DNA of 64,000 bases from an uncultured Gemmatimonadaceae bacterium (GTDB taxonomy: Bacteria > Gemmatimonadota > Gemmatimonadetes > Gemmatimonadales > Gemmatimonadaceae). Made by a program: the position numbers and the translations under genes. The notes beneath the pieces are model-generated. The model saw only the letters and a program-made list of their open reading frames with translations. It was not told the DNA's origin and made no database searches. Positions 8,335-18,358 of the stretch are shown piece by piece (the stretch's first letter is position 1; each line of letters opens with the position of its first letter). Where the stretch lies: the NCBI GenBank assembly GCA_963740355.1, contig CAVUDW010000003.1:1920001-1984000 (forward strand), in the 5' to 3' direction.

Positions 8335-11300
8335 TTGCCTCCCACTCATACCATAGAGCACGCACCAGCCAAGGTCACCGTGTTCCCTGCTCTCCCGTGT
8401 AACATCGAAGACCGCTACACAGTCGTCGCGGAGCTTGGGCACGGCTCGCACGCCATCGTGTACCGTGCGCATGACCGTCTCCTCGACCGCGAGGTGGCGA
8501 TCAAGGTGCTGCGCGAGGAACTCGTTGGCTCAGACGTGAACGATCGTTTCAAGCGCGAGATCCGTCTCACCTCGAAGCTCGACCATCCAAATATTGCGCA
8601 CGTCTACGGCACCGGAGAGTGGCAGGGTGCACCGTACTTCGTGATCGCGCTCGCACGCGGTCCGTCGCTTGCAGATCGACTCGCGCGAGAGCATCAGCTT
8701 CCTGTTGATGAGGCGCTCACAATTGCGAGACAGGTGGCGGCCGCGCTGGCGCATGCTCACAAGGCGGAGATCATTCATCGTGATGTGAAGCCGGCGAACA
8801 TCCTGCTCACTGCCGAAGGCGCGCTTCTCACAGACTTCGGTGTCGCGCGCGCGATTGAACTGTCACCGGGCACGCTCGCAACCTCCACCGGCACGGCTGT
8901 CGGCACGCTGCTCTACATGAGTCCCGAGCAGTTATGTGCCGAGAAGGGCATCGATGCGCGTAGTGACCAGTACGAACTGGCGCTGGTGCTTTACGAAATG
9001 CTGGCCGGCGTGCCACCGCATGTGGCCGCCAATGCAGAAGGGCTGCGAGGATTGCGCATTATCGGGCAGCACGTGCCGGTACGCGCGCATCGACCGAGTG
9101 TGCCCGTGGCAGTTGAGGACGCGATCGATCGCGCACTTTGCCCGGCCCCGGCGGATCGATTCACTTCGATGCTGGAATTCATTGCAGCGTTGGATGGGAG
9201 CGTGGGGATCTCGAGCGCCTATCGCTCGAGTGGCGCACGCGCTGTGGTTGCACCGGCACCGACACCGGTCACACCTCGGCGATGGCTTCTGCCATCGCTG
9301 ATTGGGGCAGCGGTGCTTGGGGCCGCTGGTCTGGGTGCGGCGAAGTTCTGGCTGGGCACACCGAAGGCAGAGTCTGTGGCGGAGTTTTCAATCGCGGATC
9401 GCTCGACGTTTGCGATCACGATCGCAGGTGACACGACGCGCAGCGCGCCAGTCGCTCGAGCGCTAGCGGATGAGTTACGCGCCTGGGCTGGCATCTCGGC
9501 TGATGTGGTATCGCGCGCCGATGCCCGACGCGCAACGCCGCTCACGACGCGCGTGACTTCGGTGGCAGGCGGTGTGCGGGCCGCGATCACGCTGGGTGGG
9601 GGGTCGTCACGGACTCGGTCGGTGGATGTGCAGTTCCCGGCGGGCGATGGGCTCGATGCGGACTCGTTGCGGCTTCTAGCCGCGCGGGTGTTGATGGCGG
9701 CGATTGTGTCGCCGGACTCGGCGGAACGGTTGACACGTACCGACCGATCAACCGCCGCCGTACGAAGCTATGCCGGCGGGTGGAAGCACCTGCTAGCAGG
9801 TCGCCTCGCGGAGGCAGAAAAGAGCTTCGCGGCATCAGCGCTCCAAAGTAATTCGATTCCGCAGGCAGCGTTGTGGCAGGCAATCGTTGCAAGTTGGCGG
9901 CAGCCACGCGCACCTTCCCAGTGGCGAGACGCAGCGCAAGCAGCCGCTCGGCAATCCGAAAAGCTCAGCGGTCCTGATTCAGCAATCGCCAATGCGCTGC
10001 TCGCCCAAGCAAGCGAACGGATGTCGGACGCATGCGCGCTATTCGAGAGGGCGACGGCGATCGCCGGCGGTGCGTTTGCGGCGTGGTATGGACTCGGAAC
10101 ATGCCTGCAGTCCGATTCAACGGTAGTGCGGTCCGGCAATAGTCCAACAGGGTTTCGCTTTCGCACGTCATCATGGGTCGCCGCCGATGCATACTCGCAG
10201 GCCATACGCCGCTTGCCAGCCCCGTCTCTCGTCCCGCTCTTTTCGACACTGCCGAAAGTCCTGCTTGCACTGAACAGCACGATGCGGCAAGGAACGATGG
10301 CCGGGAGCACGCGACTCTACCGAGGGCTTCCGGGGCTAGTTGGTGACTCGGTGTCGGTATTCCCAGTGCCGCTTGACGTCATGGAGTCTGGAGGGACAGG
10401 AAGCCTGCCGCGGTCGTACCAGCGTGCAATTCGCCGCGCCCGCGTTCGGCTGCTCGAGCTACAAACCGAGCTCGCGGCTCGCGCCCCGCAAAGCCTGGCG
10501 GCACAACTGGGCCTCGCTCGTGCGTTAGAGTACTCTGGGATTCTGAGCGTTTCCGGGAACGAAGCATCTGCGCTTCGAGCACTCGAGGAAGCGCGCAAAC
10601 TGGCGCGAGCGCATGACGACTCGCTAGAGATCGGGCTCGCCGAAGTTCGCGTCCGCTTGCGGCTGGCAGACTACCCTGGTGCGCACCGTGTCGGCTCGAC
10701 GCTACTGTTCGGCGCCGCCCGATTCGGAGCCGAAGAGTCACAGCGCCTCGCACCGGTTGCTCTCCTGCTCGGTCAGGACTCTCTTGCGGAAGAGCTTCTG
10801 GCACGCGGGAGTGAAAGCGCAGCGACTTCAACAGATAATCTGCCGCGCTTCCTGGCTCAGAAATACGCCTCCTTTACAGTCGCAGCTGCGCTTGGACTCT
10901 GCGACTCCGCTGCTCGACGGCGAGGGGAGCTGGAAGTTGCGCTGAACTCGCAGTATTCCCCGTCGGAGATCGCAGTCGCATCACGACGATGGATCTCTCC
11001 TGGCGACTGGCTAAGTCTGACTTGCCACGACTCGGTGGTTCCGACTGATGCAGAACCGACTGAGCCTCTGTTTCGCGCAATCGTGAAGCTTCGTGGCGGT
11101 CAGGGAGCAGCTGCGGCACGCGCACTCAAGCAAGACATCGCCAGCCGAGACGGCGCAGCCAATAGTGCTCTCGCTTGGGACACGCGATTCGCGGAAATCT
11201 GGCTCCTGACGTCCGCCGGAGACACTGTCGCAGCGCGCAACCGACTCGCACAGTCTCTTGACGATGTGAGCGGTACGATGGATTACGTGCTGTTCAATAT

Positions 11301-11424
11301 CGCGCACGCTGCCGGGCTGAGGCGTACGCTCGAGCTGTGCGTTCAGGTCGCGGAGAATTCCGGTACGCGAACGTCTAAGAAGGCATGCAACGGTGCGCTG
11401 GCTGCGTTGACGACAGGCAGGTGA
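8335..11424 (+). CDS. Hanks-type Ser/Thr protein kinase with TM segment and TPR-like extracytoplasmic region
   Basis: VAIK, HRDVKPAN, DFG, YMSPEQ and SDQY, then a hydrophobic segment and an Ala-rich helical C-terminus. Confidence 0.9.
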   Translation: MPPTHTIEHAPAKVTVFPALPCNIEDRYTVVAELGHGSHAIVYRAHDRLLDREVAIKVLREELVGSDVNDRFKREIRLTSKLDHPNIAHVYGTGEWQGAPYFVIALARGPSLADRLAREHQLPVDEALTIARQVAAALAHAHKAEIIHRDVKPANILLTAEGALLTDFGVARAIELSPGTLATSTGTAVGTLLYMSPEQLCAEKGIDARSDQYELALVLYEMLAGVPPHVAANAEGLRGLRIIGQHVPVRAHRPSVPVAVEDAIDRALCPAPADRFTSMLEFIAALDGSVGISSAYRSSGARAVVAPAPTPVTPRRWLLPSLIGAAVLGAAGLGAAKFWLGTPKAESVAEFSIADRSTFAITIAGDTTRSAPVARALADELRAWAGISADVVSRADARRATPLTTRVTSVAGGVRAAITLGGGSSRTRSVDVQFPAGDGLDADSLRLLAARVLMAAIVSPDSAERLTRTDRSTAAVRSYAGGWKHLLAGRLAEAEKSFAASALQSNSIPQAALWQAIVASWRQPRAPSQWRDAAQAAARQSEKLSGPDSAIANALLAQASERMSDACALFERATAIAGGAFAAWYGLGTCLQSDSTVVRSGNSPTGFRFRTSSWVAADAYSQAIRRLPAPSLVPLFSTLPKVLLALNSTMRQGTMAGSTRLYRGLPGLVGDSVSVFPVPLDVMESGGTGSLPRSYQRAIRRARVRLLELQTELAARAPQSLAAQLGLARALEYSGILSVSGNEASALRALEEARKLARAHDDSLEIGLAEVRVRLRLADYPGAHRVGSTLLFGAARFGAEESQRLAPVALLLGQDSLAEELLARGSESAATSTDNLPRFLAQKYASFTVAAALGLCDSAARRRGELEVALNSQYSPSEIAVASRRWISPGDWLSLTCHDSVVPTDAEPTEPLFRAIVKLRGGQGAAAARALKQDIASRDGAANSALAWDTRFAEIWLLTSAGDTVAARNRLAQSLDDVSGTMDYVLFNIAHAAGLRRTLELCVQVAENSGTRTSKKACNGALAALTTGR

Positions 11425-11481
11425 TTGGCGGGTGATTGGCGGGTGCCGACGTGTTTCCACGACCTTCTACGGAGACTGCAC

Positions 11482-12168
11482 GTGAAATTGATTCTCATTG
11501 CGGGACTACTTGTGGTGGGCGTGCGCTCGACTCCAATTGTCAATTCGCAAACCACTTTCGTGGACGACTGTGAGGTCGGGAGCACAGATTCAACAAAGCA
11601 GTGCGACAATCTGCTTCCGCCTGATTTTGATCGATCGAAAGGGGATGTGGCGCTCTCAAGCCTAGCAGATTTCGTCTCCAAGATTCCGATGCAACAGAAG
11701 GCGGTGACTCAGTCCCGCAAGTCGCAGTGGTTTCCGTGCAACCTGTCAAGTTCCAGCACCAAGAATCTATCAGTCACCTACTCCGTGCCTGAGGCGATGA
11801 AACGATTCCCGCGCGCTGGCACCGGTGATAGGGACATCGTGACGGCGTATTTCGCCGTCAACAGTGACAAGGGCTGCTGGGAGCACAAATACGGAGTGAT
11901 GAGGGAAACAAAAGGCAGGACACGAGTCGTACAGTTCGCGACGTTGTCCATGCCTGACGCTGCTCCTTCCACAATTTCGTCCGATCACTGGCTCGGTCGC
12001 TGGAGGACGTGGGCGATCACAGCTCGGAAGGTGAACAACCAGCTTAGCGAGTACCAGCTCGACGAGCTCGAGCACGGGGACTATGTCTGGTGCTTTGACA
12101 CCAAGAGCGAAGACAACGTCTTTGGCTTTCTGGGTGCGAAGGCGCACGTGCATTTCACGCGTTGGTGA
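11482..12168 (+). CDS. Secreted hypothetical protein, possibly truncated by a frameshift
   Basis: GGAG RBS then GTG 11482 and a signal-like MKLILIAGLLVVG. Several Cys residues. Confidence 0.6.
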   Translation: MKLILIAGLLVVGVRSTPIVNSQTTFVDDCEVGSTDSTKQCDNLLPPDFDRSKGDVALSSLADFVSKIPMQQKAVTQSRKSQWFPCNLSSSSTKNLSVTYSVPEAMKRFPRAGTGDRDIVTAYFAVNSDKGCWEHKYGVMRETKGRTRVVQFATLSMPDAAPSTISSDHWLGRWRTWAITARKVNNQLSEYQLDELEHGDYVWCFDTKSEDNVFGFLGAKAHVHFTRW

Positions 12169-12329
12169 TGGAAAAGCGATTCGGTGATCTCTCGCTGGCG
12201 AATCTGGTCGAAGCGTATAATGCGGATAGCGCCGCGATTCTTAATGCGCTGCCTCGTGGACTTCCATCAAAGGAAGTGGCCGATGCGTGGGCCCGTTGCG
12301 GAAAGCTGGGGTGCTGCGCGTTACAGTGA
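12168..12329 (+). CDS. 53-aa ORF ending WARCGKLGCCALQ, either a small protein or the detached C-terminus of the previous gene
   Basis: TGATG overlap with the upstream stop. Translation MEKRFGDLSLANLVEAYNADSAAILNALPRGLPSKEVADAWARCGKLGCCALQ. Confidence 0.5.
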   Translation: MEKRFGDLSLANLVEAYNADSAAILNALPRGLPSKEVADAWARCGKLGCCALQ

Positions 12330-12424
12330 GAGACGGGCTCGCGATCGAGGTTTGCCAGGATGATCTGAGGGTGCGGACCATTGATGCGACCCCGAGCAGC
12401 AGCTGGATGCCGTGCCGCAGCTCG

Positions 12425-12880
12425 TTAGAATTGCCGTCGCTTGTCGGTAGCGCCATGGTCCCCCGTCACCCGCAACGCATCCTCCTGATGCGTCTCACTC
12501 CGATTATCACTCGGTAGCACGCCGAGGTCGTTCAGCACCAGCCCAAACGCATCCGGCACCATCGCAGGCCAGCGAAACAGGCCTTCGAGCCGGATCAGTG
12601 GTCGAGGCGTGCGCCCAGTCCCCGTGTAACGCCGACGCGCCCAGAGCTCGTACACGAAGACGATGCAGCCGCCAAAGACTGCGAAGACCGCCCATGTGGT
12701 GAGTGCATCGCGCCACGGCAAATCGTACAACATCCACGCCAGCACCGCATAGCTCAGGAGCATGCCCATGGTTCCCATGCCACGTCGCAACGCGGCGTTC
12801 AGCACGACCGAGACGGTGGTCCAGAGCAGGATCCCGAAGAGCGCGATCGCCCACATGATGTTGACGTGGAAGTACGTCAT
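12425..12880 (-). CDS. Small membrane protein
   Basis: From ATG 12880 (MTYFHVNIMW), about three hydrophobic helices. Confidence 0.6.
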   Translation of the reverse strand: MTYFHVNIMWAIALFGILLWTTVSVVLNAALRRGMGTMGMLLSYAVLAWMLYDLPWRDALTTWAVFAVFGGCIVFVYELWARRRYTGTGRTPRPLIRLEGLFRWPAMVPDAFGLVLNDLGVLPSDNRSETHQEDALRVTGDHGATDKRRQF

Positions 12881-13107
12881 AGGTCGGCCACGGCTCGGGT
12901 TAGCGTATCGATGAGTATGGGTGATGGCCCAGCGCACCGCCACTCGCCCAATCCCTTCTAGCGAAGCGCCACAGAAGGGAGCGTTTTCCGCGTGTCCGAT
13001 GTTCTGCCTTTGTTCGTCGGGTGACCCCGCCGCCAGCGCATGGCGTCCGCAGCCAGTAGGGCGCTTTCCTGGCGCGTCTGCACTGTGCTGCGGCCGCATC
13101 CGCTCGA

Positions 13108-13134
13108 TGTCGATCGGACTGACTCTCGCCCGTC
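13108..13134 (+). promoter_or_regulatory. ECF42-type promoter of the yciI-sigma operon
   Basis: TGTCGA-N17-CGTC, with an identical architecture at 14784-14810. Confidence 0.7.
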
Positions 13135-13190
13135 ATGGGTTGCGGCACTCACGCCGGGTGCCCGCGCCAAACATCAACGGAGCCGCCAAC

Positions 13191-13553
13191 GTGAAATACG
13201 CGATCATCGTCTACGAAACACCCGAAGAGATTGCGGCCCGCGAGGATCCGGCGCGCGTCGCGTTCTACTGGTCAGCGTACACCGCCTACTCGCAGGCGCT
13301 GGTGGCGGCCGGGGTGGCGGCAGGCGGGGCGGGATTGCAGCCGCCGGCGGCAGCGACCACCATCCGACTGCGCGACGGCCACCGCCAAGTGCAGGACGGG
13401 CCCTTCGCCGACACCAAGGAAGTGCTCGGCGGCCTCTTCATGATCGACGTGCCCGATCTCGACTCCGCTCTCGAATGGGCCGCGAGATGCCCATCCGCCT
13501 CCAGCGGGTCGGTCGAAGTGCGACCGATGTTGCCCCCTCCGCCAGGCGTGTGA
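13191..13553 (+). CDS. YciI/DGPF family protein
   Basis: GTG start (MKYAII), DGPFADTKEVLGG and VEVRP. Confidence 0.92.
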   Translation: MKYAIIVYETPEEIAAREDPARVAFYWSAYTAYSQALVAAGVAAGGAGLQPPAAATTIRLRDGHRQVQDGPFADTKEVLGGLFMIDVPDLDSALEWAARCPSASSGSVEVRPMLPPPPGV

Positions 13554-14770
13554 GCGACGGCGTACATGCAGCCGTCGAACTGGCCGCTCGTACATCGTAC
13601 GGGCGGCTGGTCGCGTTGCTTTCATCGCGGTCGCGAGATGTCGCGGCCGCTGAAGATGCGCTGAATGACGCCTTCCTGCGTGCACTGCGCTCCTGGCCTC
13701 GCGATGGTGTGCCGACCAATCCAGACGCGTGGCTACTGGCAGCGGCGCGCCGACGACTCATCGATGCATCACGCCACCATGCCGTGCACGCGAAGGTCGA
13801 ACCCGAACTCGCGTATGCTGCGGCGTTCACCGACTCACTGTCAGACGGACGTGTGTTGCCGGACCGCCGTCTCGAGTTGCTCTTCGCCTGTGCGCATCCG
13901 GCGATCGATCCGGCGATCCGGACGCCCCTGATGCTGCAGACTGTCCTCGGCCTTGATGCCACATCGATTGCCGGCGCCTTCCTCGTCGCGCCGACGGCCA
14001 TGGCGCAGCGCCTCGTGCGCGCAAAGCGGAAGATTCGTGATGCTGGAGTGCCATTCGAAATACCGGACGCCGAACATCTGGCGCAGCGACTCGACGCGGT
14101 GCTCGAAGCGATATACGCCGCGTTCGGGACCGGGTGGGATGCCGTCGACGGCAGCGACCCGCAACGCGCCGACCTCACCGGCGAGGCGATCTTCCTTGGC
14201 AGACTAGTGGTTGACTCGCTCCCTGACGCCGCGGAAGCGCTTGGCCTGCTCGCATTGATGCTCTACTGCCAGGCACGCCACGGCGCGCGCCGGGACGCAA
14301 CGAATGCGTACGTGCCACTCGCGAGACAGCACCGATCGGCATGGGATCACCAGATGATTGGCGAGGCAGAGTCCCTGTTGCAGCGCGCCGCACTGCTGCA
14401 GCGGCCGGGGCGATTCCAGATCGAGGCGGCGATCCAGTCGGCCCATCTCGGGCGAGTGCTCGATCCGGCACACGATCCGCATTCGATCGTGACGCTGTAC
14501 GATGCACTGCTGCGCTTCGCCCCCACGATTGGCGCGCTCGTCAATCGTGCAGCCGCCATCGCGGTGGCCTCCGGACCTCAGGCAGGGCTGGCGGCGACGG
14601 AGTGCATCCCGCAGGACCTCGTCGAAGCCTACCAGCCGTGGTGGGCACTCCGTGCGCACCTGTTGCAGTCGCTCGGCAGGGTCGATGAGGCGCGCACGGT
14701 GCGGCTGCGCGCCGCCGGCATGACACAGGATCCGGCGGTGCGTGCATTCCTGCTCGGCGGCAAGGGCTAG
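13550..14770 (+). CDS. ECF42-type sigma factor with C-terminal TPR (DUF6596) extension
   Basis: AEDAL, WPRDGVP, LLFACAHPAI, MAQRLVRAKRKI and RFQIEAAI. GTG start overlaps the yciI stop. Confidence 0.9.
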   Translation: MSDGVHAAVELAARTSYGRLVALLSSRSRDVAAAEDALNDAFLRALRSWPRDGVPTNPDAWLLAAARRRLIDASRHHAVHAKVEPELAYAAAFTDSLSDGRVLPDRRLELLFACAHPAIDPAIRTPLMLQTVLGLDATSIAGAFLVAPTAMAQRLVRAKRKIRDAGVPFEIPDAEHLAQRLDAVLEAIYAAFGTGWDAVDGSDPQRADLTGEAIFLGRLVVDSLPDAAEALGLLALMLYCQARHGARRDATNAYVPLARQHRSAWDHQMIGEAESLLQRAALLQRPGRFQIEAAIQSAHLGRVLDPAHDPHSIVTLYDALLRFAPTIGALVNRAAAIAVASGPQAGLAATECIPQDLVEAYQPWWALRAHLLQSLGRVDEARTVRLRAAGMTQDPAVRAFLLGGKG

Positions 14771-14783
14771 GGGCCGCAGCCGA

Positions 14784-14810
14784 TGTCGATCCGACAAACG
14801 GTTGGACGTC
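14784..14810 (+). promoter_or_regulatory. Second ECF42-type promoter
   Basis: GATGTCGATC-N15-CGTCAT, matching the site at 13106-13136. Confidence 0.7.
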
Positions 14811-14871
14811 ATTCCGATGTGAGCCGCGATTCCGCGGCACAGATGTTCCTTCCCACATTGGAGTTTTCACC

Positions 14872-15339
14872 ATGCGTCCGTCTTCCCTGCAACTGGTCGT
14901 TGCTGCCGCGCTCATCGCCGCACCATTGCTCACTCCGCATGATGCACTGGCGCAGCCGCACGCACCTGTCCAGTCAGCGGCAGTTGAGCAGCAATTCACG
15001 ATCCTGATCTTCGAAAGCCCCGCACTGCTCGCAACACGCAATGGAGCGCAGCAGGATGCGTACTGGAGCAGTTACGATGAGTTTGCAGCAGCACTGGTGC
15101 GTGGCGGCGTCCTGCGCGGTGGTTCAGCGCTCAGTGAAACGACAGCGTCAACCGTTCGCGGTACTGGCTCTGTGGACGCGGCGGTACGCGGGGCACGGCT
15201 TGGCGGCTACTTCGTCATTGCCGCGAAGGACATCACCGACGCGAATCGGTGGGCGAGTCTGGCGCCGAAGGCTGCATTGCTGGTCGAAGTTCGACCGCAC
15301 CGCAACAATCCACACATGGCGCAGATGGCACCGCGGTGA
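14872..15339 (+). CDS. Signal-peptide-bearing YciI-like protein
   Basis: Signal peptide ending DALA, LGGYFVI and VEVRP. The DGPF motif is absent. Confidence 0.75.
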   Translation: MRPSSLQLVVAAALIAAPLLTPHDALAQPHAPVQSAAVEQQFTILIFESPALLATRNGAQQDAYWSSYDEFAAALVRGGVLRGGSALSETTASTVRGTGSVDAAVRGARLGGYFVIAAKDITDANRWASLAPKAALLVEVRPHRNNPHMAQMAPR

Positions 15340-15420
15340 TCTGCCGCCGTTGCTCGGAGGCGCGGCTGTCCAGCGCTCGCCGATGGCATGTCATGGCGTG
15401 CCAAGGCGAGCGCTGCATGC

Positions 15421-16314
15421 CTACGGCTTGCGCGTCCCCGTCGCCTCGAGCGCGTCGTCGTCCAGCCGCACGGTGAATGTGGTCGGCTGTCCCGCGACGC
15501 GGCGGAAGGTGAACATCATGTCCGGCCGCAACACTTCGTAGATCGTGCCATCCTTGTCGTACAAGCCGGGAGTGAAGATCTCCGGCCCGACGCGAATCAG
15601 CGCGAAGGTTTGCATGTAGTCGTCGTTCGGGTCCCATCGTGCCTTCAGCGTCTTGTTCTCATACGTGACGATGAACGTGCTCACTCCGGTCCCGGAGGTC
15701 GGCTTCGCTTCGCGATACTCGTAGCGGCCAACGTACAGCTGTGCCTCGGCTTCCGGCAAGGTGGAATCCAGCGATGGAATGACGCCGACCTTCAGCGTCG
15801 CACGTGTCGTGCCCCACTGCATCACGAGGGTCCCGCCGCTGACGGTGAGTTCGGGCATCGACCAGGTGAGCACATCGACGAATGGCGCCTCGCTGACAGG
15901 CGTCGGTACGCGAATCTGTGCGGCGTTCGAATCGGGTGGGTCCATATGGAAGATGTGCCACTTCGGTTCGAGCACCGTCGTCCAGTCCCCCTTCTCGTGC
16001 AGCACCATCCACACGGAATACTTGCCCTTCGGCACAGCTCGCCCGTTGAGCGTCACGTCCTTGCTCAGTTCCAGCACCGTCGCCCAGTTGGCCCCCGGCG
16101 TCCACACCTCGCCCCAATGCGCCGCGCGCGTGCCGAACAGTGGGTTTCGCCCACGCGTTCGTGGCCGCGAATACGTCACGCTGATCTTGGTGCCGTCAAT
16201 GACCTGGGTCATCGAACCGAGTTCACTGGCGCGGATCTGGGCGTGCGCGTCGCTGGGTGTGGAGAACAGCGCACCAATTCCGACGATCACGGCGAGACGA
16301 ACGAGTGGGCGCAT
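15421..16314 (-). CDS. DUF2911-domain secreted protein with an extra C-terminal domain
   Basis: Signal peptide, YSRPRTRGR, WTPGANWAT and GKYSVW. Confidence 0.85.
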   Translation of the reverse strand: MRPLVRLAVIVGIGALFSTPSDAHAQIRASELGSMTQVIDGTKISVTYSRPRTRGRNPLFGTRAAHWGEVWTPGANWATVLELSKDVTLNGRAVPKGKYSVWMVLHEKGDWTTVLEPKWHIFHMDPPDSNAAQIRVPTPVSEAPFVDVLTWSMPELTVSGGTLVMQWGTTRATLKVGVIPSLDSTLPEAEAQLYVGRYEYREAKPTSGTGVSTFIVTYENKTLKARWDPNDDYMQTFALIRVGPEIFTPGLYDKDGTIYEVLRPDMMFTFRRVAGQPTTFTVRLDDDALEATGTRKP

Positions 16315-16382
16315 TGCTCGTGGGGTTCAGTGGCGAGTGCGTGCGAAACGGCTACGGACACCTGCGAAAATCGACGTCCTCG

Positions 16383-16841
16383 TCAACCGAATTGCGCGTC
16401 CACCGCGACCCGAATCTGCGCCAGCGTCTGCCCTTCACCGTGTAGTCGCACCGCGAGCCGGCCGGTGCCCTGACAGATAGGACACATCGTGGCCATCGCC
16501 TCGCCTTCGTAGCAGCTGAGAAGCGAGTAGTACCCAGGTAGCTCCGCACAGCCACAACTGCACCGGATGCCGTCGGCAATTGTCGGGATGGCGCGAATGC
16601 CATCGAAGAGTTGCTGCAGGTGCGGCCACTTGGCCAGCGCCGCGCCGCTCAGCACCTTGGCGCCGGTGATCCCGTCTCGGGGCGTCGGATGAATACCTGT
16701 CGAACGCGTGTGCGCTCGACCGTCGCCACACATCCCCCGTAAACCAATCGCGGACGGATTCACGCGGGTATCACGCGTCCTGAACCACGCGCCCACCCCG
16801 ACGTAGCCAGCGACAGCAAGGAATGCCCGACGGTTCAGCAT
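16383..16841 (-). CDS. PCYCGC-like Cys-motif protein with a Tat-like signal
   Basis: MLNRRAFL, CSCGC...SLLSCY...CPIC and IRVAVDAQFG. Confidence 0.7.
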   Translation of the reverse strand: MLNRRAFLAVAGYVGVGAWFRTRDTRVNPSAIGLRGMCGDGRAHTRSTGIHPTPRDGITGAKVLSGAALAKWPHLQQLFDGIRAIPTIADGIRCSCGCAELPGYYSLLSCYEGEAMATMCPICQGTGRLAVRLHGEGQTLAQIRVAVDAQFG

Positions 16842-16987
16842 CTGCAGAGCTCCAGAATCGGTGGCCTCCAGAACATACCGTGGACACAATCCGCCCGCGA
16901 TGGGGAGGCAACAGCGGTCGAGGCAGGACGCTCCGGCCTACGGCACCGTCGCCGAGATAGGTACGTTCGCGACGCAGAGCCGTGCGG

Positions 16988-18358
16988 CTACGCGGACGTC
17001 CCCCACAGCTCTGCCATCGCGGCCGCAAACGGCGCGGCAGTCTCGCGGGGCGGCACCCATCGCCCGGCACACATCATCCGTGAGAACGGCTGCGCCACGC
17101 CAGCGAAGACCAGCCCGTCGAGCAGATGCGTTGCGGGAAGTCCGATCAGCGCAGGGTCGGCGTCATTGACGACCAACAAATCCGCGCGCGCGCCGACGAC
17201 CAGTCCCCACCGCGATTGACCAACTGCTGCCGCACCGCCAGCAAGACAACGATCGAAGAGTCTGGCCGCGGTGCTCGGTGTCGTATCTGGCTCGGCTGAC
17301 ACATTGCGCTGTCGCAGCGACAGCCGCTGCCCGTACTCCAGTAGTCGCAGTTCTTCGGGCCAGCTGCGCGTGACGTGACTGTCGGTGCCGAGCGAGATCG
17401 GCGTGTCACTCTGCAGCCAGCGCGGAAGATCGCAGAGCCCATCGCCGAGGTTGGCTTCGGTGCCAGGGCACAACACGACACCGGCGCCGGTCACCGCGAC
17501 CGCCTCGATCTCCGCCGGCGTGGCGTGTGTGGCGTGCACCAGCTGCCAGCGCGCGTCCAGCGCGAACTCGCGCGTCAACCACTCGATTGGCCGCAAGCCT
17601 GTCGCTGCGAGGCAGTCCTCCACCTCGCTGGTCTGCTCGGCGATGTGGAGGTGGATCGGTGCGCTGTCGCCTTCGCACGCGGCAACGAGTTCGCGCATGG
17701 ACGTCGGCGTTGCCGCACGCAACGAGTGAATCGCCACGCCGGCGTCGATATTCGGCAGCTTCCAGCCGCGAACAGTCTCGCGCAGCGTCTGCACCCGGGC
17801 CACGTCGGTCGCGAAACGGCGCTGATCGTCGCGCAACAGCGGCTGGCTGAAACCCGCGCGCTCGTACAAGACCGGCAGGATCGTCAGGCCGATGCCAGTC
17901 TCCTGCGCGGCGCGTGCGAGCGCTTCGCTCATCGCCGCATCGTCCCCACCGTGCATCGAGTACGGCTTCCCATCCTCGCCATGATGCAGATAGTGGAACT
18001 CGCAGGTGTGTGTGAAGCCGCCGGCGAGCAACTCTGCGTACAGATGGGTGGCGACAGCAAACAACTGATCTGGCGTGATGCGGAGCGCGACAGCGTACAT
18101 ACGGTCGCGCCAGCTCCAGAAATCATCGCGCACACTGTCTCGACGTTCAGACTGGCCGACGAATGCGCGCTGGAATGCATGGCTGTGTGCGTTGATCATC
18201 CCGGGCAGCACCGCGCCCGACAGGACCTCTGCCTGCGCCGGGCACGGAGTATCGGCACTGACCTCTGTCCAGTGACCGTGATCGTCGGCGCGCAGCGTCA
18301 CCGCACTGGCCCAGCTGCCGTTGATCCACGCTTTCGGCGCCCAGAACAAAGTGCTCAT
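16988..18358 (-). CDS. hutF: Formimidoylglutamate deiminase
   Basis: NAHSHAFQRA, DFWSWR, EFHYLHH, HSLRA, HIAEQ, TEANLGDG and GTDS. Confidence 0.95.
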   Translation of the reverse strand: MSTLFWAPKAWINGSWASAVTLRADDHGHWTEVSADTPCPAQAEVLSGAVLPGMINAHSHAFQRAFVGQSERRDSVRDDFWSWRDRMYAVALRITPDQLFAVATHLYAELLAGGFTHTCEFHYLHHGEDGKPYSMHGGDDAAMSEALARAAQETGIGLTILPVLYERAGFSQPLLRDDQRRFATDVARVQTLRETVRGWKLPNIDAGVAIHSLRAATPTSMRELVAACEGDSAPIHLHIAEQTSEVEDCLAATGLRPIEWLTREFALDARWQLVHATHATPAEIEAVAVTGAGVVLCPGTEANLGDGLCDLPRWLQSDTPISLGTDSHVTRSWPEELRLLEYGQRLSLRQRNVSAEPDTTPSTAARLFDRCLAGGAAAVGQSRWGLVVGARADLLVVNDADPALIGLPATHLLDGLVFAGVAQPFSRMMCAGRWVPPRETAAPFAAAMAELWGTSA

